This document shows, piece by piece, positions 61,478 to 64,000 of a stretch of DNA of 64,000 nucleotides. The notes beneath the pieces were generated by a model, which was not told the origin of the DNA, did no database searches, and was given only the letters and a program-made list of their open reading frames with translations. The position numbers were made by a program, and so were the translations under genes. The number at the start of each line of letters is the position of its first letter. The stretch's first letter is position 1. Location: assembly GCA_040756215.1 (NCBI GenBank), contig JBFLZQ010000007.1, positions 62,336 to 126,335 on the forward strand, given 5' to 3'. The stretch is from Acidobacteriota bacterium. GTDB taxonomy: Bacteria > Acidobacteriota > Blastocatellia > Pyrinomonadales > Pyrinomonadaceae.

Positions 61478-64000
61478 TCAGAAGTTAAATTTGCCTGAGA
61501 ACTGAATCCTGCGTGCAAAGCTGGTAACGTTGTCTCTTATCCTTCCGAAGACGCTTGAATTGAAAGTCGCGGTCGGAAGTCCGAAAGAGGCATTGTTGGT
61601 CAGATTTCTTGCATCTACACGAAGGTCAAAACTCATTGTTTCCGTAAACCGGAATTTCTTCAGCAATGATGCATCAGTCTGGAACTGTCTTGGGCCGATG
61701 AAGTAGTTGCGTCCCGTATTACCGAGTTCACCGGGTGCAGGTTGTGAGAACATAGCCTGTGCCGCCTCGCTGAACCAGTAATTGGTACCGTTACGCTCAA
61801 CCAGACCGCCGAGATCCCGCGGACAATTGTTGCAGTTGGCAAATGACTGAACAACGTTGCTGAAAGTATTTATACCGGAATAAACCGTAAATGGCCTGCC
61901 CGAAGCCCAGTTATAAGTTCCGGAGAGCTGCCAGCCGCCTATGATCCAATCCAGAGCTTTTGGCATATCGCGGCCAACTTTACGACCGCGCCCGATCGGC
62001 ACTTCGAAGACATATGTAGCCTGCAAAACGTGGCGGCGGTCAAAGTCTGACCAGGCATAGTTCAGATTCCGGTCGTAAATATTGAAAGGTGTTGAGGATG
62101 CGGATTGAGCATTTGCCCTCGACACGATTGTGAATGTCGGGTCGAATGAACGCGTATCTTTGGACATTGACCAGGTGTAGCCGATTTGATACCCGATTCC
62201 GTTTTTCAGACGTCGTTTCAGGATTACCTCGAGGCCGTTGTATCTGGAGTAATCATTGCTGTCCAGAACATTCAAAGCACCCGAAAATTGCGGAAAACGC
62301 TGGAAAAAGAACGGGTTATTGATCGTAACGGCAAGCATCTGGTTTGACCCGGAAGTCCTTTGCGATACAACCTGAGCAGCCGTTGCAACACTTCCGCCGG
62401 TATTTGTAAGCGAAAGAGTACTCTGTATAGCTGCAATTCCACGGAATGTGGCCGTTCCGGCATTATTTGTCGGGTCTCCGGTAAACAGGAGGTTTATGAG
62501 GCAGGAATTGGCCGTTGTATTGGAGCGAAGTGTATTAAACGCTTCGAGGAAATTCTCGGGACAACGCGGGTCTTTGGCAAATATGTTTACCTGATTGGAA
62601 TCGTATCCTCCGAAAAGGTGAGTACCGCGTTTACCAATGTAATCGACTTCAAGCACCTGATTCCAGAAAATTTCTCTCTGGAAGCCGACAAACCATTGAT
62701 GCACTTCAGGATAACGCATATCGGGGTCCACAAGCGTTATGCTGCTGGTCGAGAATGCGGGCGGCTGTCTTAACTGGTTCGGCGTTTGCGTCGGGAAAAG
62801 GTTGGGCAGTCCGTTGCGGATCAGCAGATTCTGCAATGCAATGCCACTGGCAGAGGCTGAGAAAGTATTTCCCGGTGCGCTCTGGAAAATGCTGTTTGCA
62901 AAGACCTGCGAAGGAAAACGGTCATAGCTCAGACGGTAGTTAGCCCTGATAGAGGTTTTGCCGCTTTTGAACGGATCCCAGGCAAAACCAACGGAAGGGC
63001 CGAAATTGTTCCAATCATCCGGAAACAGTTTACCTTCCTGCCATCTGAGTGTATTTGTCGGCGTTGCACCGATGGTAAAGAGTTGATTGGGCGCAAGCAC
63101 CGGCAAATCCTTAGAGCTGGGTGATAGTTTTACTTCATATCTGAGGCCTAGATCTAAAGTAAGATTCGGACGGAATTTCCAGGTATCCTGAATATAAAAG
63201 TCATATTCCGGATAGTAGGCAAACCAATTCCAACGTGTTCCGGCAGGCGCCCAGTTGGCCGGGTTTTTTGGATCGACTACAAATCCCTGGCTGTAGCTAC
63301 CAATACGACCGATAAGATTGTTTATGAGTGAGCGCAGGTTTGCCAAATCATTTGAATTGATGGACGTTGAACCGGCAGTCGGAAGGCCGAATGCGGAAAA
63401 ATCGCTCGAGCCGGCACCAAAACCCACAAGCGGTTCGATTTGCCCGCCGGCAGATGAGCGGTCATCAAATTGCCTGCCCAGCCTGAAGTTGATTCCGAAT
63501 TTAATGACGTGCGGTGAAAGGTCATATGTTACGTTGTCAACGATTTGCCAGGTTCGCGCCGCGCGGGCATTATAGGCAAAATTCGTATATGCATTTGTAA
63601 CCGTATTGAAAGTAAATGGCACGTCGGCACGCGGTTCCGGGGTAGCAAATTTGAAGCGAAAGCGGCTAAGTCCGAAAATGAACTCATTGGTGAATTTCGC
63701 AGTCGGCGACCAACGGTAATTGAAGGCATAATTTTTTGGCCTTCGGTAGGTGTTAACAAGATTTGGGAAACCCGGAAAAGGCTGAAGTCCGCCATTTACA
63801 CTATCACCGAGCGTATTTTGTTCACCTTCCGCATACCGAAAGTAGAAGCGGTTATTTGCATTATGAATATAGTCGAACCTTAAAGTCAGGTCCCACTGTT
63901 TTTCAAGTTGCGGTGCATTAAAGTTAAAACCGGCAAAATTGAGTCCGTCTCCTACGGAGAAATCATTCGGTAGCGGATAACTATTGAGAATAGATGTAGT
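61478..64000 (-). CDS. TonB-dependent receptor-like outer-membrane beta-barrel (C-terminal 841 codons; N-terminus outside window)
   Basis: I translated the frame upstream of the track start (GTG 63622) and found no stop up to 64000. The sequence is rich in alternating aromatic/Gly/Asn beta-strand patterns and ends ...RRIQFSGKFNF with a terminal Phe. Confidence 0.85.
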   Translation of the reverse strand, partial: TTSILNSYPLPNDFSVGDGLNFAGFNFNAPQLEKQWDLTLRFDYIHNANNRFYFRYAEGEQNTLGDSVNGGLQPFPGFPNLVNTYRRPKNYAFNYRWSPTAKFTNEFIFGLSRFRFKFATPEPRADVPFTFNTVTNAYTNFAYNARAARTWQIVDNVTYDLSPHVIKFGINFRLGRQFDDRSSAGGQIEPLVGFGAGSSDFSAFGLPTAGSTSINSNDLANLRSLINNLIGRIGSYSQGFVVDPKNPANWAPAGTRWNWFAYYPEYDFYIQDTWKFRPNLTLDLGLRYEVKLSPSSKDLPVLAPNQLFTIGATPTNTLRWQEGKLFPDDWNNFGPSVGFAWDPFKSGKTSIRANYRLSYDRFPSQVFANSIFQSAPGNTFSASASGIALQNLLIRNGLPNLFPTQTPNQLRQPPAFSTSSITLVDPDMRYPEVHQWFVGFQREIFWNQVLEVDYIGKRGTHLFGGYDSNQVNIFAKDPRCPENFLEAFNTLRSNTTANSCLINLLFTGDPTNNAGTATFRGIAAIQSTLSLTNTGGSVATAAQVVSQRTSGSNQMLAVTINNPFFFQRFPQFSGALNVLDSNDYSRYNGLEVILKRRLKNGIGYQIGYTWSMSKDTRSFDPTFTIVSRANAQSASSTPFNIYDRNLNYAWSDFDRRHVLQATYVFEVPIGRGRKVGRDMPKALDWIIGGWQLSGTYNWASGRPFTVYSGINTFSNVVQSFANCNNCPRDLGGLVERNGTNYWFSEAAQAMFSQPAPGELGNTGRNYFIGPRQFQTDASLLKKFRFTETMSFDLRVDARNLTNNASFGLPTATFNSSVFGRIRDNVTSFARRIQFSGKFNF

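Noticed and set aside
1-64000. Scan for CRISPR arrays, IS elements, rRNA genes and long exact repeats
   Set aside because: By eye I found no regularly spaced direct repeats, transposase or integrase-like ORFs, or rRNA-like segments. A computational repeat search (self dot-plot) would be needed to exclude short dispersed repeats.

Overview
Densely coding 64-kb segment that looks core-chromosomal: about 55 protein genes and one tRNA-Lys. I recognise no rRNA, CRISPR array, transposase or integrase. The gene content suggests an Acidobacteriota-like organism: many Ser/Thr kinases and FHA proteins, N-terminal zinc-ribbon modules, a PEGA domain, a very large TonB-type barrel and leaderless M16 peptidase pairs. 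This is inference only. Ordinary housekeeping blocks: FAH hydrolase and transaldolase (0.8-2.2 kb); acyl-CoA carboxyltransferase, alr, SIS protein and O-antigen ligase (19.9-25 kb); polyprenyl synthase, yajQ, TatD, metG, M28, folE, methyltransferase and larC (34.4-43 kb); argS plus a trpEDCFBA-DAHP synthase operon (43.2-52.6 kb). Parts worth a second look: (i) 4.4-18.9 kb holds an actinobacterial-style FhaA / Ser-Thr kinase / PBP2 / RodA / PP2C cell-wall signalling set. It has two FhaA paralogs and is split by a stand-alone minor-pilin operon. That operon's last gene is a 953-aa PilX_N protein with two PilY1-type calcium-loop motifs, and its first gene (FimT/GspH-like) is frameshifted. (ii) 25-31.5 kb holds a phospho-signalling island: an FHA-kinase, three consecutive genes sharing one N-terminal zinc-ribbon module (one is a kinase with PEGA and three C-terminal zinc ribbons), and an FHA-PrsW intramembrane-protease fusion. 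(iii) 53.1-54.5 kb holds a divergent XRE repressor and Rad52-family (DdrA-like) gene pair, with a 17-bp palindrome over a predicted -10 box. (iv) 54.7-61.3 kb is rich in proteases, including a tightly coupled GAF-protein / leaderless subtilase pair. (v) There is a candidate Trp-codon leader plus hairpin directly upstream of trpE, and an orphan promoter-terminator unit (candidate sRNA) at 0.45-0.7 kb. All functional calls come from motif recognition by eye. No database search or RNA folding was run.
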